Origin: Octopus sinensis
Lineage: Eukaryota
Length of the DNA stretch: 64,000 nt
Reading direction: 5' to 3'
Assembly (NCBI RefSeq): GCF_006345805.1
Contig: NC_043011.1
Coordinates: 15,760,464 to 15,824,463, forward strand
The notes beneath the pieces are model-generated. The model was given only the letters and a program-made list of their open reading frames with translations, ran no database searches and had not been told where the DNA came from. Positions 1 to 13,509 of the stretch are shown here, in pieces. The number at the start of each line of letters is the position of its first letter. The first letter of the stretch is position 1. The translations under genes were made by a program, and so were the position numbers.

Positions 1-324
1 AGAATATCATTCCCGAAATCAAAGAAATAAATTAATGAAATATACTAAACAATTAAAATGTTCTTAAGATATTGCTAGAAAGTTTAACGATTCATCTACA
101 AATTCATCTTTGATGTAACAATTAATCAAAAATTTAATCGATAAATCTAATGAAAGACAAAAATGGAATATTTAAATTTAATGACTGAATTACTTCGCTA
201 TACGTATCTTTACTTCTATAATGTCAAACAGGTTCAATGTATATTGTAAATGTATTTCAGAAGTAAGAATTATCCGTGATATGTATCTTTTAACTTTCAA
301 TCGGGTGTCCCAGCAAAGAGCAGC

Positions 325-581
325 GGCTCAAAAATTTTAGTCGAGCGAATCGACTCCAGTACTTATACGTTTTAAGCCTAGTACTTAATCTGTCGGTGTC
401 TTTTGCCGAACTACTTTGTTACGAGGAGGTAAATACATCAACACCCATTGTCAAACAATAGAAGAGTATATACAAAGACAGAAAGAATATAAGCACACAC
501 AGACACACACACACACAAACACACACATAGTGTATGTATAATTGTCGGGTTTCTTTCAGTTTCCGTCTACGAAATCCACTC
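325..581 (-). mobile_element. Degenerate copy of composite tRNA-derived SINE family A (3' and central part)
   Basis: Reverse complement matches the family A body seen intact at 24292-24695 and 52121-52560 (TTTCAGTTTCCGTCTAC, AAGCCTAGTACTTA, TTGCCGAAC motifs). Confidence 0.75.
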
Positions 582-589
582 TGAACGAA

Positions 590-680
590 GGAGAACATTG
601 CGAAAATTCATGAATGGATATTGGAGGACAATCACCGAACAACTGACCAATGTGTTGATATAACTGGTGTATCCTGAAGC
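590..680 (+). pseudogene. Short mariner transposase HTH-region fragment
   Basis: Manual translation ENIAKIHEWILEDNHRTTDQCVDITGVS* resembles the mariner segment ENI..V..+I.EDRR.T+.E+....G+S; short and stop-containing. Confidence 0.35.
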
Positions 681-940
681 TTGAAATTAATCCGGACCTC
701 TTTTCAAAGGTCATCACTGGTGAAGAAAACTAGTACTTCGGAATTTGTAGATTTGTAAAAGATGAAGAAAAAAAAAACACTGTGGAAAATGCGTCTGACT
801 GGTGCATTGCTTCAAATAGAGAATATTTTGAAGGCGATAAAAGTGTAAACATGTAAAACTAATTCAAGAAATTTAATTATTATCGTAAAATTCCGGTTTC
901 TCTTGGGTCCCCACTCGTTCATATATACACGCACATATGT

Positions 941-1021
<81 letters not shown>

Positions 1022-1319
1022 GTATATGTATGTATGTAAATATATATATATACACTTATACACACGCACACACACACACACATACACACATATATATATA
1101 TTAATATACATGTATTATTTATGCTGTTGTTATATTTCTTCTCCATGGGCTTGATTCGTCTCCATAGGCTCGTCTCAGAAACTTAGCTCGTCAGTATGTA
1201 GCGTCCTTCTTTCGACTGTCCTCTCACGTGTGTATGTATACACTACACACACAAGCACACACATATATATATATATATGCGTATGACTGCGTGCATGCGT
1301 GTGTTTGTATGTGCTTGTG

Positions 1320-1355
<36 letters not shown>

Positions 1356-2696
1356 TGAGTGAGTGTGTGTGAAGAGAAAAATAAAATCAAACAACCAACA
1401 ATATATCCAAAAAATCTTTAGTAGGAAATGCATCATGTCTGTAATGTAACTTGTTAATGTAATGTAAATATATTCCTTTCACCTAGTTTTTTGTAACCCG
1501 TATCATTTGCGATATGTGCTTTACATATGAATCAAATGAAGACAGATTTATTCGAAAGTCTCTCGAGCTTAGAATTCTGTCCAGTTTGTTCAAGAGATGC
1601 TTTAACAAATTTCATTCAACTATTGAAAACTCTCCCTTAATATAACTCTCTCCATTGTCTGAAATAGCAAATTCAATTTTACTTCTTCCACAGAATCCAT
1701 CCGTTTGTGTAAACACATTTATAACACATAGGCAGACTCTGTAGAGAGTAAATCTACTGAACACTATCATCCCATCGACAAGGAAACGTTCGCGGTTCGG
1801 ATTTCTTTTCGGGTTTTATTGCTAACCATATCTTGCGTCCGAGGGTCACTGCTAATATTTTTGTTTGTTAACGAAATCATCTGTGCAAATAATTAATTGG
1901 TCCGTCCTCAATTTTCTCACCTTCTTTCATCCTACAGCAAGCTTATCAAATTTTGCATTTGCTTGGTTTAGAGACAGATGCTTCTGATATTCATAGAAAG
2001 ATAGCTAACCATACATACTAACTTCTCCTTCTGCAATAGAGTATTTGAATATTAATGTGCGTAAACCCAGGAGTTTCGGCGTTAAACATGCAATCGAATA
2101 CATCTTTAGTTATAATCACAAACTAACCTCATCTAAATATTCTTCACACAAATTTTCATATTTAAGGCAGTCAAGTCTATCACAATAATATTCATAGTGG
2201 AATTATCTGATTAGGACAATACAGTGCTACATCTATTATATCAGAATCCAGAAAAAATATCTCGTGCCAATGAATTTTCTTTCTCATAACAAACACTGCC
2301 TCAGCTAAAAAAGCTGAATATTTTTATTGAGCTATACATATGCAAAAAAAAAAAAAAAAAAAAACTATATATAGAGGAGAAAACTTAGAATGTCATTTTA
2401 TATACTATTCAGTCAATATTCATCTTCTGTCTGACTGACTTCACGTCTTTGCATTGCTTTGTTCTGCACAAAATACGCAACTAAACCGCAATACTGTATC
2501 AATGTATATATATATAAATGTAAGTGTGAGTGTGTTTGTATGTGTAAATATTTGCTACCTGAATACCATAGAAGCGATTAATGATATTTCGTTTTGGTAG
2601 AGTTAGTCTGTTGATACTTCGACTTTCGACTGTGGAGGTACGTGGTCTTCATGTGAAACTCGCTGTAGCAAGAGATTGATTAAACAAAAATAATAT

Positions 2697-2745
<49 letters not shown>

Positions 2746-3003
2746 CAATTTAATAAATAAAACATATGCATACATACATGTATGTACATACCTACATCTA
2801 TATGTATATATACATGCATATATGAGTACAGGACACCACAAATAAACGTAGAACACAACGAGAAACGAAAACATAGAAACAAAACAAGGAAACGGACTTT
2901 TTTTAACAAGGAAAAAAACAGAGTACAAGACAAACAACAGAGGGAACAATTCCCCTTCTTCAGATGCCCCTGTTTCGACTCATTGCGTGTATGCATATGT
3001 TTA

Positions 3004-4293
3004 CGAGGGGTGTTCAATAAGTAATGCCCCTGATCCACTTCCCATAGCAGTAGAGTAACGAAACTTGTCACAGTTACTAGTCTTTTTTTACATAGCAACC
3101 ACCCAGAGTTACGCATTTCTCTCATTGTTTGATGCAGCTATGGAGACCGTTTTTGTAGAAGACCCCAGCTTAGTCCTCCAACCACGACGTGACTTCAGAA
3201 ACCAAGGCTGCATCATCTGGGAAACGCTTTGCTTTCAAAAACAACTTCATGGCTGGGAAGAGGTGAAAATCAGAGGGTGCAAGGTCAGGAGAGTAGGGGG
3301 ATGGGGGAGGAGTTCATAGCCGCACGCCTGTGCTTCTGATCTGGCGACACGCGAGTTGTGGACCGGAGCGTTGTCCTGCAGGAAGAGGATGCCTTTGTTG
3401 ATCTTGCCCCGTCTCTTGATTTTGATAGCTTCTCTTAATTTCCTCAAAAGTGAAGCATAATAGGCTCCTGTAATTGTGGTACCCTTTGCCAGGAAATCTG
3501 TTATCACTACTCCGTCCTGGTCCCAGATGACTGTGAGCATGACCTTGCTAGCGGAGGGCTGCACCCTTGCCTTCTTTGGAGGAGGTGAGTCACGGTGCTT
3601 CCCCTGCATTGACTGTGCTTTGGTCTCTGGATCATAGCGATAGACCCAGGTTTCATCCTGTGTAATCAGTCTTTTGAAAAAGTTTGACTCATCTTCTTGG
3701 CACATCTCCAAATTCATCCTCGAGCACTCGACGCGTTCTTGCTCTGGAAAGGTGGGAGCAACCTGGGAATCCATCTGGCAGACACCTTTTGCATATGCAA
3801 ATGGTCATGAATGATAGTTTCCACGGATCCGGTACTAATCGTGACCTCATGGGCTATTTGGCAAATAGTTATGCGTCGATCTTCCAAAATGGCAACCTCA
3901 ACTTGACGGACAGATGCCTCATCAATGGCCGAATGGGAAGACCAGATCTGGGAGCTGTTTCCACAGAGTTTCGACCATGTTTGAATTCACGATGCCAACG
4001 TTTTACAAGGTCATATGATGGGGCATCATCACCATAAGTTACTTTCATTTCATCAAAAGTCTCCTGTTGTGTGCGTCCTTTCAAGTACAAAAACCGGATC
4101 ACTGCTCGACACTCAACAGGCTCCATTTCACACTTGACTCAGTTCAAACACCTGTAAATAAGAAACCAAAATTATTTCAGAGGTGTTATTTGCCATTTAA
4201 TCTATAGAGATATAAATAATTCTACATTCAAAATTTCAGCTAGATCAAACAACTTCAAGAGGGTCAGGAGCATTACTTATTGAACGTCCCTCG
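3004..4293 (-). mobile_element. Full-length mariner DNA transposon (1290 bp) with both TIRs and TA target-site duplication
   Basis: TIR CGAGGGGTGTTCAATAAGTAATGCCCCTGATCC (3004-3036) is the near-perfect inverse of GGGTCAGGAGCATTACTTATTGAACGTCCCTCG (4261-4293); TA at 3002-3003 and 4294-4295; length typical of mariner. Confidence 0.93.
3077..4126 (-). pseudogene. Mariner (DD34D) transposase pseudogene
   Basis: ORF fragments give MEPVECRAVIRFL HTH N-terminus, KVSARWIPRLL, DETW, FLQDNAPVH and (after a frameshift in a C run) YSPDLAPSDFHLFP; C-terminus ends at TAG 3077-3079; frameshifts plus in-frame TAA and TGA near the C-terminus. Confidence 0.9.
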
Positions 4294-4375
4294 TATTTAT
4301 TAAATTGTTATTATATGATCGAACGCACGCGTCGTTGTCTTCTTCTCCAAGTAAGTTAGTTATATATATATATAG

Positions 4376-4420
<45 letters not shown>

Positions 4421-4784
4421 AGTATAGATATACGTATACATACATACATGCATACATACATACATACATATATATGCATGCAATTCCTTATGATCGGCAC
4501 ATATATTTTTCGGAGGATTATGCATACAGACATCAAGGAAGATAGTGTTACTTTTCATATAAGTAATGTTTGATATTGGATATAAGACCAAGTAAAACTC
4601 CCAGCATTGGCTTCATCCTATATTGCGTATTATTGCAGTTTAGAAAGTAATTAATAGCAACCAACAAAAGACAATTGATTCATATTTTTCGAAACAATAT
4701 ATTTTTGACGTGGAAAAAGTTATTAATAGCTGATGTATTTTATTTTGTAACTATGAGACAGAGGTAAGACCCAGAAAGACGAAA

Positions 4785-5042
4785 CGTGTGTGTGTGTGTG
4801 AGAGAGAGAGAGAGGAGGGAGAAAGAAAGAGGAGGAGACGGAGAGAGAGAGAAACGGGAGAGAGGGAGTGAGATAGAAAAAGTGAGAGAGTGAGTGAGGG
4901 CAAGAGAGAGAGAGAGAGAGAAGAAGAAGAAGAAGAAGAAGAAGGAGGAGGAGGAGGAGAAGAAGAAGAAGAAGGAAAAGAAGAAGAAGGAGGAGGAGGA
5001 TCAGGAGAAGAAGAAGAAGAAGAAGAAGAAGAAGAAGAAGAA
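4785..5042. repeat. Compound (GT)n/(GA)n/(GAA,GGA)n microsatellite
   Basis: Directly visible; explains the poly-Glu ORF 4890-5084. Confidence 0.95.
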
Positions 5043-5338
5043 GGTGTGATTCAAGATATTCAGATATTTGGGTTTATTTGGTGAACACCCGAGATGAGTA
5101 CTGAACGGTAAACTTGGTTTCCAAGTCGTGGAACCTGTATGATCTCCTACCATGCACCACGCGTTCACTAATTATTTTAGGTGACTATATATTTGAGAGA
5201 AGGCACAAACACGATCTCAAATCATAAGCCCATACTAACACACTCTCATATATACATACAGGCAGTCGCATGGGCACATATGTAAATATATATAAATTTG
5301 CGTGTGGTGTGTGTGTGTGAACGTGTATGCTATTAATA

Positions 5339-5399
<61 letters not shown>

Positions 5400-5430
5400 A
5401 GTTATATATATATATATACATATATGTACG

Positions 5431-5472
<42 letters not shown>

Positions 5473-5476
<4 letters not shown>

Positions 5477-5893
5477 CAAAATAAGCAACAAGGATATCCA
5501 AGGTAGTGTAGTACAATTGTTCCATGCTACTTCATGTTATTAAACAATATAAGTATTACATCAGTTTTAAAATGTCGAGCAATCTTCAGCCACATATAGA
5601 TTTTTTTTAATTAAACGGCCAATGCACATTCTTATACTTATTTCATTTGCCAACATTACAAAGAGGGTAGATATATAGACAGAGAGGTTAATTTCATCAT
5701 TAAGAACATGGTGGTAGTATGTTCTTCTCGATCTGTAGAGTTTTTATCACTGAGTTCACTTTGTTATTTAGATCTATCAGTGGGGAGGGGGTTTCTTTTG
5801 ATTACAATCACCCCATTTGATTTATATGGATAATACCATACAAAATTCTGTTGCCTTTAACTTGAGTACCATATTCATCTGAATCTAAATTTT
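5473..5893. mobile_element. (TA)n-flanked element with partial inverted duplication and hammerhead-like motif (same family as 30554-30940)
   Basis: 5473-5710 aligns with 30640-30860; the reverse complement of 5796-5892 aligns with 30554-30655; (TA)n arrays on both sides. Confidence 0.7.
5507..5594 (-). ncRNA. Minimal type I hammerhead ribozyme-like fold, degenerate (GGAA instead of GAAA)
   Basis: Minus strand reads UGUGG-CUGAAGA-U-UGCU...AGCA-U-GGAA-CAAUUG-UA/CUACA: 5-bp stem I, palindromic stem III ACAAUUGU, GUA cleavage triplet. Confidence 0.5.
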
Positions 5894-5907
5894 GCTGAAC
5901 TTATATA

Positions 5908-5955
<48 letters not shown>

Positions 5956-7076
5956 AAATATATATATGGTAATAGGGTAAGATTCATATTTGATAATGTA
6001 CGTACGGAGTTACTGCGGCAATGCAGAAGAAAACAATAAATTTTATGTTACAGCATTTATTGTTATTTGGGATTCCATTATTACTAAAGGCATTTGCTTT
6101 TGTCACAGCAGTGTACCCACTGACAATCGCCTACTGTTTGAATGTATTCTATCTTAATTAGATCTACACTATCCAGTAGTTCTTATTATTTGGAAGTCTG
6201 CTGCTAATGATTCCATGGAGAATTGGTTCCTATTTTAAATGGCCGTATAACTAGTTGTGATCACGTTTTCTTTTGATATGTCATATATTAAACATGAACA
6301 TGACCATTCATCATCAAATTTTACAAAATTACTGACGTCTGCATTACATGTTACTGCAGTGAATGGTAAAACGTTATATATCTCTAATTCCTGCAAACAA
6401 CATGGTGTAATTTAAATCTTTATATCCGCATAAAATAGTTATAAATATAAAAATCAATTCTCAGGATCGCAGTTAATCACAGAAGAAATCTATAACTGTG
6501 ATAGTTACAAAAATACTTTTCTGTTCAGAGTTATTAATAGATGATTTATTCCATGGTTTTAATGATATCACGATATCAATTTCATTTCCATATTGCATTG
6601 AAAGTCTATTGTCATTCACTGCTTCTCTTATCGCTAACATCAGCTCAGTTAATAACCACATTCCATTGTTTAGCTGTCACATCAGAGTAAACTCCACTTG
6701 TGATGTGTCTCAGAAGGATGTCACTACAAAGTTAAAGCTTCCTTTGAAAAGGAAGAAAAGTTGATTTGTTATTACATTAGAGACTAACAAATATATAATA
6801 GTTTAAATCTAATTGAAAATATTCTTTTTAAACTATTATAAATTTAGATCTTTCTTAAAAGGAAGATTTATTGTGGTGATAAAATCTTTGAATTCCGCGC
6901 ATGGATTGTGTATTACTATTTATATCTACGTAAATGGAATATAAAGCGATGCATGCGGCACGTACATAAGCTCATATATCTAAGAACATATGTATATGTG
7001 CTTATGCCCGAACAAACGCGCAAACACTCAAACACTCTCACACTCACATGCACATATATATCCTTATATACTTACA

Positions 7077-7077
<1 letters not shown>

Positions 7078-7130
<53 letters not shown>

Positions 7131-7131
7131 C

Positions 7132-7212
<81 letters not shown>

Positions 7213-7240
7213 CATCTATCCATCCATCTATCTATTTGTC
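7078..7240. repeat. (TCTA)n tetranucleotide microsatellite
   Basis: Directly visible. Confidence 0.95.
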
Positions 7241-7282
7241 TGCCTGTCTGTCTGTGTATTATTTTATTCTTTTATATGCTAC

Positions 7283-7411
7283 AGTCACAGCGGATATACC
7301 GGAGCACCATTTGGAAGGTATTTTGTTGGACCAACTCATTTACCCCAGGACTTATTTATTAAGCCTAGTACTTATTCTATCGGTCTTTTTTTGCCGAACC
7401 GCTAAGTGACG
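7283..7411 (-). mobile_element. SINE family A, 3' fragment
   Basis: AAGCCTAGTACTTATTCTATCGGTC...TTGCCGAACCGCTAAGTGACG matches the family A 3' region. Confidence 0.75.
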
Positions 7412-8519
7412 AGAGCGTAGTGGCGAAGTAAACTGAGACAGACATAAGTGCGAGTGAATGTGGTTACGTATATGTGTTTAGCCCCGAAAGCCTCTGAAAC
7501 GCTGTACCATATTGGGAAGCGAATTTGATATTCGAAAGAAAATGTTTTTTTCTCACACACGCGTTGCAAACACACACAAACACACACACACACACACCTA
7601 CACATACATACAGACTCACGTGCTGCAGCGTGAGGTTAAAATTTTAAATTACAAATATTTGATGTTGCTTAAATCCCAACAATAATCCACCACATCGTCA
7701 TAAAATGTGATTATGGGGCAAGAAATATCAAAATACATCGATACACGTCACAGTGACAAAGAAGCGAGGAAGGTGCTAGGTGAGATGTGCTAGAAACAAC
7801 AGCTAAATCTTCCTTAAATCACAAATCTTTTCGTCTGAAAATTATTTTGAAATTACAAAGAAAAATTATTTTGAAATTATAAAAAATAAGCAAATTGCAG
7901 ATTCTGACTCGTATTTTAAAACTATCTTAAACCATCGAATTTTAAAACTATTTTTAAATTACGATACATTGACTGTTGAACAATAAAGAAAGTGTGGATT
8001 ATAATGGCGATCACCGATTTCCATCGCTTTTAAGTTGCGTAGTCAAAAAGAAAAAAAAATGGTCAGAATCGCTAATGACTGGGGCAGGATTGGTGTGGCA
8101 ATTCATCAACTTTTAACTTTATTTTTTTAACTGAAAAGGCGACTATCATTGTTTTTATGTGTGCATTGCAAGAAGAAGTTGGACAAGATCTGTTTGGAAG
8201 GAAGGGAAGAGGGATCATACATTTTCAAAAATGTTTTTTCATAAAATGCTTTCCACCCTCATTTGCATATTTTAAAAAGCTGACAATAAAAGAGAGAAAC
8301 ATATAATGATTATGCTGTGAAAATTATTTTAAAACTAGTGCAACTTCTATTCATTTAATAAAATGCCATTGGATTCCTGTTTTAAACATCTCAGATGAGG
8401 AATTGTAGTCTTAAGCAAATATTTGTCGAAATAGCTTTCTTTCCAAACAAGTAGTATGATTTCTTTTTTCTGTAATATTGACAAAGTTATTTTCGAATGT
8501 GTGTTGTGTGCTGTAATAA

Positions 8520-8739
8520 CCATTTAGCATTTAGATTCCTCATTCAAATGTAATGTATATATTTTCGCATTGTTTTGAATTAATCAAGCATTATCTTGTA
8601 GCTTTGAGGTTTCATTGATATGACTGGATACCTTTTGAATGATTCCGTCGGGTAGGTATGAGATGTTGGATCTAGTAATTCTGAACATAAAGCATGTAAA
8701 ATCTTTGTGCCTAATATGGCCGGTTTAAATGTTAAATGG
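8520..8739. mobile_element. Probable piggyBac-type MITE
   Basis: AACCATTTAGCATTT (8518-8532) versus AAATGTTAAATGGTT (8727-8741) are inverted with 14/15 match; flanks ATAA and TTGA are each one change from TTAA. Confidence 0.45.
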
Positions 8740-8989
8740 TTGAGCCACTTCCTTTTTTTGCTCTAATCTACAAAGCCTGCAGATATGCAGCATCCGCTCG
8801 CTCTATCACATGTAGGGTATACACTTCAGCCTAAAATAAGGATGCTGAATATTATTTACTTCTGATTATGTAGAAAGACAAGTTAATGCAATAAAAACTA
8901 TTCAACGCACGAAATTCTTCGAGCTAAAAGCAGCTACTATTTTAGTAAGGTAGTATATATCAGTTACGAGAACGAACAATCCACATCAT

Positions 8990-9850
8990 ATCACTCTCTC
9001 CGATGTATCGTTTAACGCCTCGGATATCATAGCAGCTATTAAAGAAATTACAACAAACAACTCAGCTATAAACCCCAGCAAGTTCCCCACCAGCGTCATT
9101 AACTTGCTTTCTCTTTAGCTATTCTTTGAAAGAATTCACTAGAAGCTAGCTATATTCGGGAAAATTCCAGACGAGTGGCCCATTTTTCAAAAATAGCAAC
9201 AAATCGGTGGTAGTGAATAATGACCGAATCAGTTACCTCTTATGATTTGAGAGAGTGGTGAGATCTCGAGTAATTCAGTTCCTGTAAGTTAGCATCTCAC
9301 TTATTCCGAACTAGCATGATGTCTGCAATGACAGAAACTACCAAACATAGATCATGCATTATTTCGATGATATCCCAAAGGTTCTTGAAGAGGGCTCCAA
9401 TGCAGGTGTCATATGTGTGAACAAGGCCTTCGACAAAGTTGACCATCGCATCCTGTTAAAGGAACTATCGAAGAGTGGAGTCCGATGGGGAGGTATTAAG
9501 TGGGATTGAATGTTTTCTGGCGAATTGACTTTTCTGTTTAGAGACGCCCCTACCATTATTTTTTCCTTTCTCAACCTTCACCCGTCCTCAACTTGAATAC
9601 TGTCGTCCACTGTCCTCTTTCTACCCGAGAAAGAATATTATAAGAATTGAAGCACCACTGTGATCGATCACAAAGGAAACTAGAAGGCATAATAATTCTT
9701 GATTTTTGTGATCGTCTCAAGAAACTCAATCTTTATTTCTTCCAGCGTCACCGAGAGGACTATATTAGTTGTATGATGAGCAAAATATTCCAACAGCATT
9801 GCCAAACAATGATGCCATCCACTTTAAGAGACAATATGTTTGTAGTGTAG
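8990..9850 (+). mobile_element. Decayed CR1/L2-like LINE reverse transcriptase fragments
   Basis: Manual translation KAFDKVDHRILLKELSKSG (from 9423), RPQLEYC (~9583) and RLKKLNLYFFQRHRED (~9715) match CR1/L2-type RT and C-terminal motifs; many stops and deletions. Confidence 0.7.
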
Positions 9851-11449
9851 AAAAATCGTAGACGGCTTGATGCTATCTTTATGATATATTAAAGACGGTG
9901 GGCTACAAGTAGAAGACATGCCGACGTGTAACAGAATCACGTTCGACTCATTTTCGCCCTTTATGTTGCTGACTTTCACTTTCGCTTCCATTTTTGTCGC
10001 ATGTAATGCAATTTACTCACTTGTACACACTGCGATAGTTTGTAATCGGAAATCATTGGTTTTCATAATCTTTCTTCCTCATAGAGTAACCATATATTTT
10101 CACATCTAAAATTATTGTTATTTCGTTTGTTTGTCCAGCGGCCTTTTGGATTTCTAATCTCTACGATAGCGTAGAGGAAACATTAATACAAGATATGTAT
10201 TACACACAAATTAACAAGCAGCATACAGATATGTATATGTATATATAAACAAATATAATTACACACACATTTTTATGGTGGTAATGGTTAAACATTTGTT
10301 TGTGTGTGAAGATGACATAAAATACCATACTCAATATTGAGGTTAGAATGTAATATTGTAGTTTGTTGGAACTTGAAATAGAAAATCGTTACTACAACGT
10401 CATTGTTTCCGTTCTTCGGAGCTCACTGATAGTGGGAACGATGCATAGTTTGTTTGCAGAATTTGTCAGTGGATGCATCTAGGCATGTTTGATTATATTT
10501 AATATTCAATCGTTGTTATTCGCGATGTAAAATACTAAATGTAAATAAGATGTCGTAAGTAGGAGTAGTAATTGGATTTCCGACGGAAAGTCTAATGAAA
10601 GCATGAATAAATGATAGAAAATGAATGAGAAAAGTGTCAAGGAAAACAGATTGGGGCTGTACGTATACTGATAACTTAGAAGAAGAAATATAATTAAGTG
10701 AAAGTTAAGATCGATGCTTAAAAATACCAATGTAAACGAAGAGTAAAGTGAATAGAAAATTTGATTAAAAGAGAGTCAGCAAAGGATCTGTGAGGAAGCG
10801 ATTGTGTTATAAATTATATTTCTGGAAAGTTGGTAGGAAGTTAGAAAGTGTTTGCTCAGGTTATGTACGCGGTGAATTGAAATAATCTATAAATAAAAAA
10901 AATACGTTAAAATTCTACAATGTGGCCAGGTGAAGAAACGTAGAACAGACGCAGGTGACAAATGTGATTACCCAAGAGAAATCAAAAGCGTTCATTGTTG
11001 AAAGAAGTGGTTGGAGGAAGAAAGTCGTTTGGGAAGAGAAAGAAATTTGTATTTACGAGGTTATCTGTAGCAAATTACGATATTTCTCTCTCTCTTTTTC
11101 TGTCTGTCTACCTGTCTCTCTCTCTCTCATACACACAGATACACACACTCAATGTGCTATATACAAACATTGTATTTAACCCCCAAAATATAGGTCCTAA
11201 ATATATATTCAGTAGAAGAGATATTGAAGTTGTAAAGAAGTAAAAAAGAGAAATATCTATCATAAATGACAGGAAAGAGAAACTGGGGAAAATGACAAAG
11301 ACACGCAGAGAAGAACTTATGAACATCGAAGAGAATTTAGTTAAAAAATGAGTTTGAATTAACGCCATGACAAAATATATCTCATATGCGGATTAGCATA
11401 TAACATCAGTAATAGTATATTTCAATATGAGAGGAACGGAGAATTTATC

Positions 11450-12080
11450 AATGATTATTCAGCATTCACTGACGACTTCTCAAGTGTGACAGAAACACGT
11501 ATTGTCAACCCACCTTATCCATCGCTACAAGCCTCTTTCCTTTTAAACAGCAAACACTACGGATTTCTTTCACATAGATTATCACTATACGTACTCCGTA
11601 TGTCAGTCACTTGCGGAATCACACTGCCAAGATTGTTGTTGAAGATAATCACGATGTCCTTTGCATTGTCAATGATTCCGGCCACATCCTGCGTTAAATT
11701 TCCTAGCAGAGCTGCATGCTTATGGAATTCCTTTCTCCTCTCTTAGATGTCTTTAATGTTGTTGGATCTCATAATTTTAATGTGTATTGATAAAACACTA
11801 GTTGTTCCATACTTGGATCACTAGGTTCTCCCCTGTTGTTTGGTTTGTTGTAAGCAACTATTCTTCACTGCAAATAACCCACATCTGCAAGTTGACAATA
11901 AATTTATTCTTTCGTAATTTCTGCATTCAGGTTCGCTCCATAAGCAACTCAAGCACTTACCACAAAATCTACAACGAGTCAGGGAACAGAGACTGCGTCA
12001 TGGGAAGCCAGTTTTTTTTAAGACAATATCAACCCATATCAATAAAAGATAATCGCTTCCTGTTCTCGAAATTATGAACA
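11450..12080 (+). mobile_element. Decayed CR1-like LINE RT fragment
   Basis: HGFL, FLAELHAYGIPFSSLR (~11700-11750) and LGSPLLF resemble QHGF / LL.KL.AYGI / LGPLLF; heavily degraded. Confidence 0.5.
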
Positions 12081-12537
12081 TTAGAAGTAGAAAACTAGAA
12101 AATTCGATAAGAAGCCCAATTCAGAACTCCAAAAGTGTACTAACACATTTCAGTGATAGTACTTAGTTGATACACATACAAATACCTTAGACTGCGTCCG
12201 AAGAGAAGCCAAGCAAGATATTATGATGATAATGATCAACATTATAATCTAACATCTGGTCTAACGATAGATTATCTGTCATTTCTACTCATGTGTACAT
12301 CAGAATTGTCTGCTTTCGAGCTAATTCTACACGGGCATTACCGACTCATTTTTCCATTGACTGATCCCGCTCTACTTCTACAACATCAGTTATCTGCAAT
12401 TCTCGCTATGAACTTGTTTTTTTTTCTCTCCTTTTTTGTAACTGTCCAATTCTAAGTACTGGAAGTTGTCATTGATTGCATGTGACCGGTCTAGCAAAGC
12501 CTGACTTTAGAATGTACGAACGGTATTTAAAAACAAA

Positions 12538-12733
12538 CACGCCGGGCGAAATGCTTAGTGGCATTTCGTTCTGAGTTCAAATTCCGCCGAGGTCGACTTT
12601 GCCTTTCATCCTTTCGGAGTCGATTAAATAAGTACCAGTTACGCACTGGGATCGATATAATCGACTTAATCCCTTTATCTGTCCTTGTTTTTCCACTCTA
12701 TGTTTAGCCCCTTGTGGGTAGTAAAGAAATAGG
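12538..12733 (+). mobile_element. SINE family B (central domain GGTCGACTTTGCCTTTCATCCTTTCGG...AAGTACCAG), 5'-truncated
   Basis: Aligns with copies at 25545-25778 and 45651-45882; central domain resembles the Meta-SINE conserved domain (from memory). Confidence 0.85.
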
Positions 12734-13509
12734 TATTTAAAAGCAATTTGAATACCTAGCAATAAAAGGCATTTGATAGTTCATTTATTAGTAGAGATTT
12801 TAAGGGTTTTTTTTAGACAGAATGTGCATTTTCTGTATGTGTGACTTTGTTCAGATCACTTTTAAAGCCCAGATGAGAAAACTAATGAAAGGATTAAAAT
12901 CTGTTTGTCACTGTTGATAGGGAATGGAGCTAACTAATTAGGTTCTGGATATATTAAGCTTTCAGGAGGGATTAGTGAACCACCAGTTCACAAAGAGATG
13001 GATAATATATATTTATATTATCCACAACAAGGAGAGAAGTAAATTTACCTACCACATTTCCATAAAGAGCATTCTCAAAATTTGAAACCAGTTAAAGAAA
13101 GTTTTTGTTTCTGCCTATGAGAACGATAAGAAATAATAGTATTCTTGCTAATGTAATATGTTTAAGGCAAAACTGGAGAAATGTCTAATTTAGATTTCAA
13201 ATCACGTAAACATACACACGCACACGCGCGCACACATTTATACACAAACGAGCTATTACTTCGTTGAGTCTGGCATATATATATTGTATAATGAATTGAA
13301 AAGCATCGATTAAAACAGGTTATCCTTGCAAAAAGAAGACTTCAGTGACTGCATTCAACCGCTGCAGAAGTTTAACTGTAGCTATAATACAGAAGCTCAG
13401 CATTAATACGCTTATTTATCGCACACTTAACGTACCTATTTTGGAACGCACTTAAACACACACACACACTTGAATGTACATGTTTCTGCTATATTTTTTC
13501 ATGGGTAAA

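Noticed and set aside
680-720. GTGATGA-CCT...AGG-TC hairpin resembling a hammerhead on the minus strand
   Set aside because: No stem I, several core mismatches, and it adjoins a mariner coding relic.
6290-6700. Protein-like minus-strand frames (ELEIYNVLPF..., MWLLTELMLAIRE...)
   Set aside because: Short, with no recognisable homology and no convincing donor/acceptor pair.
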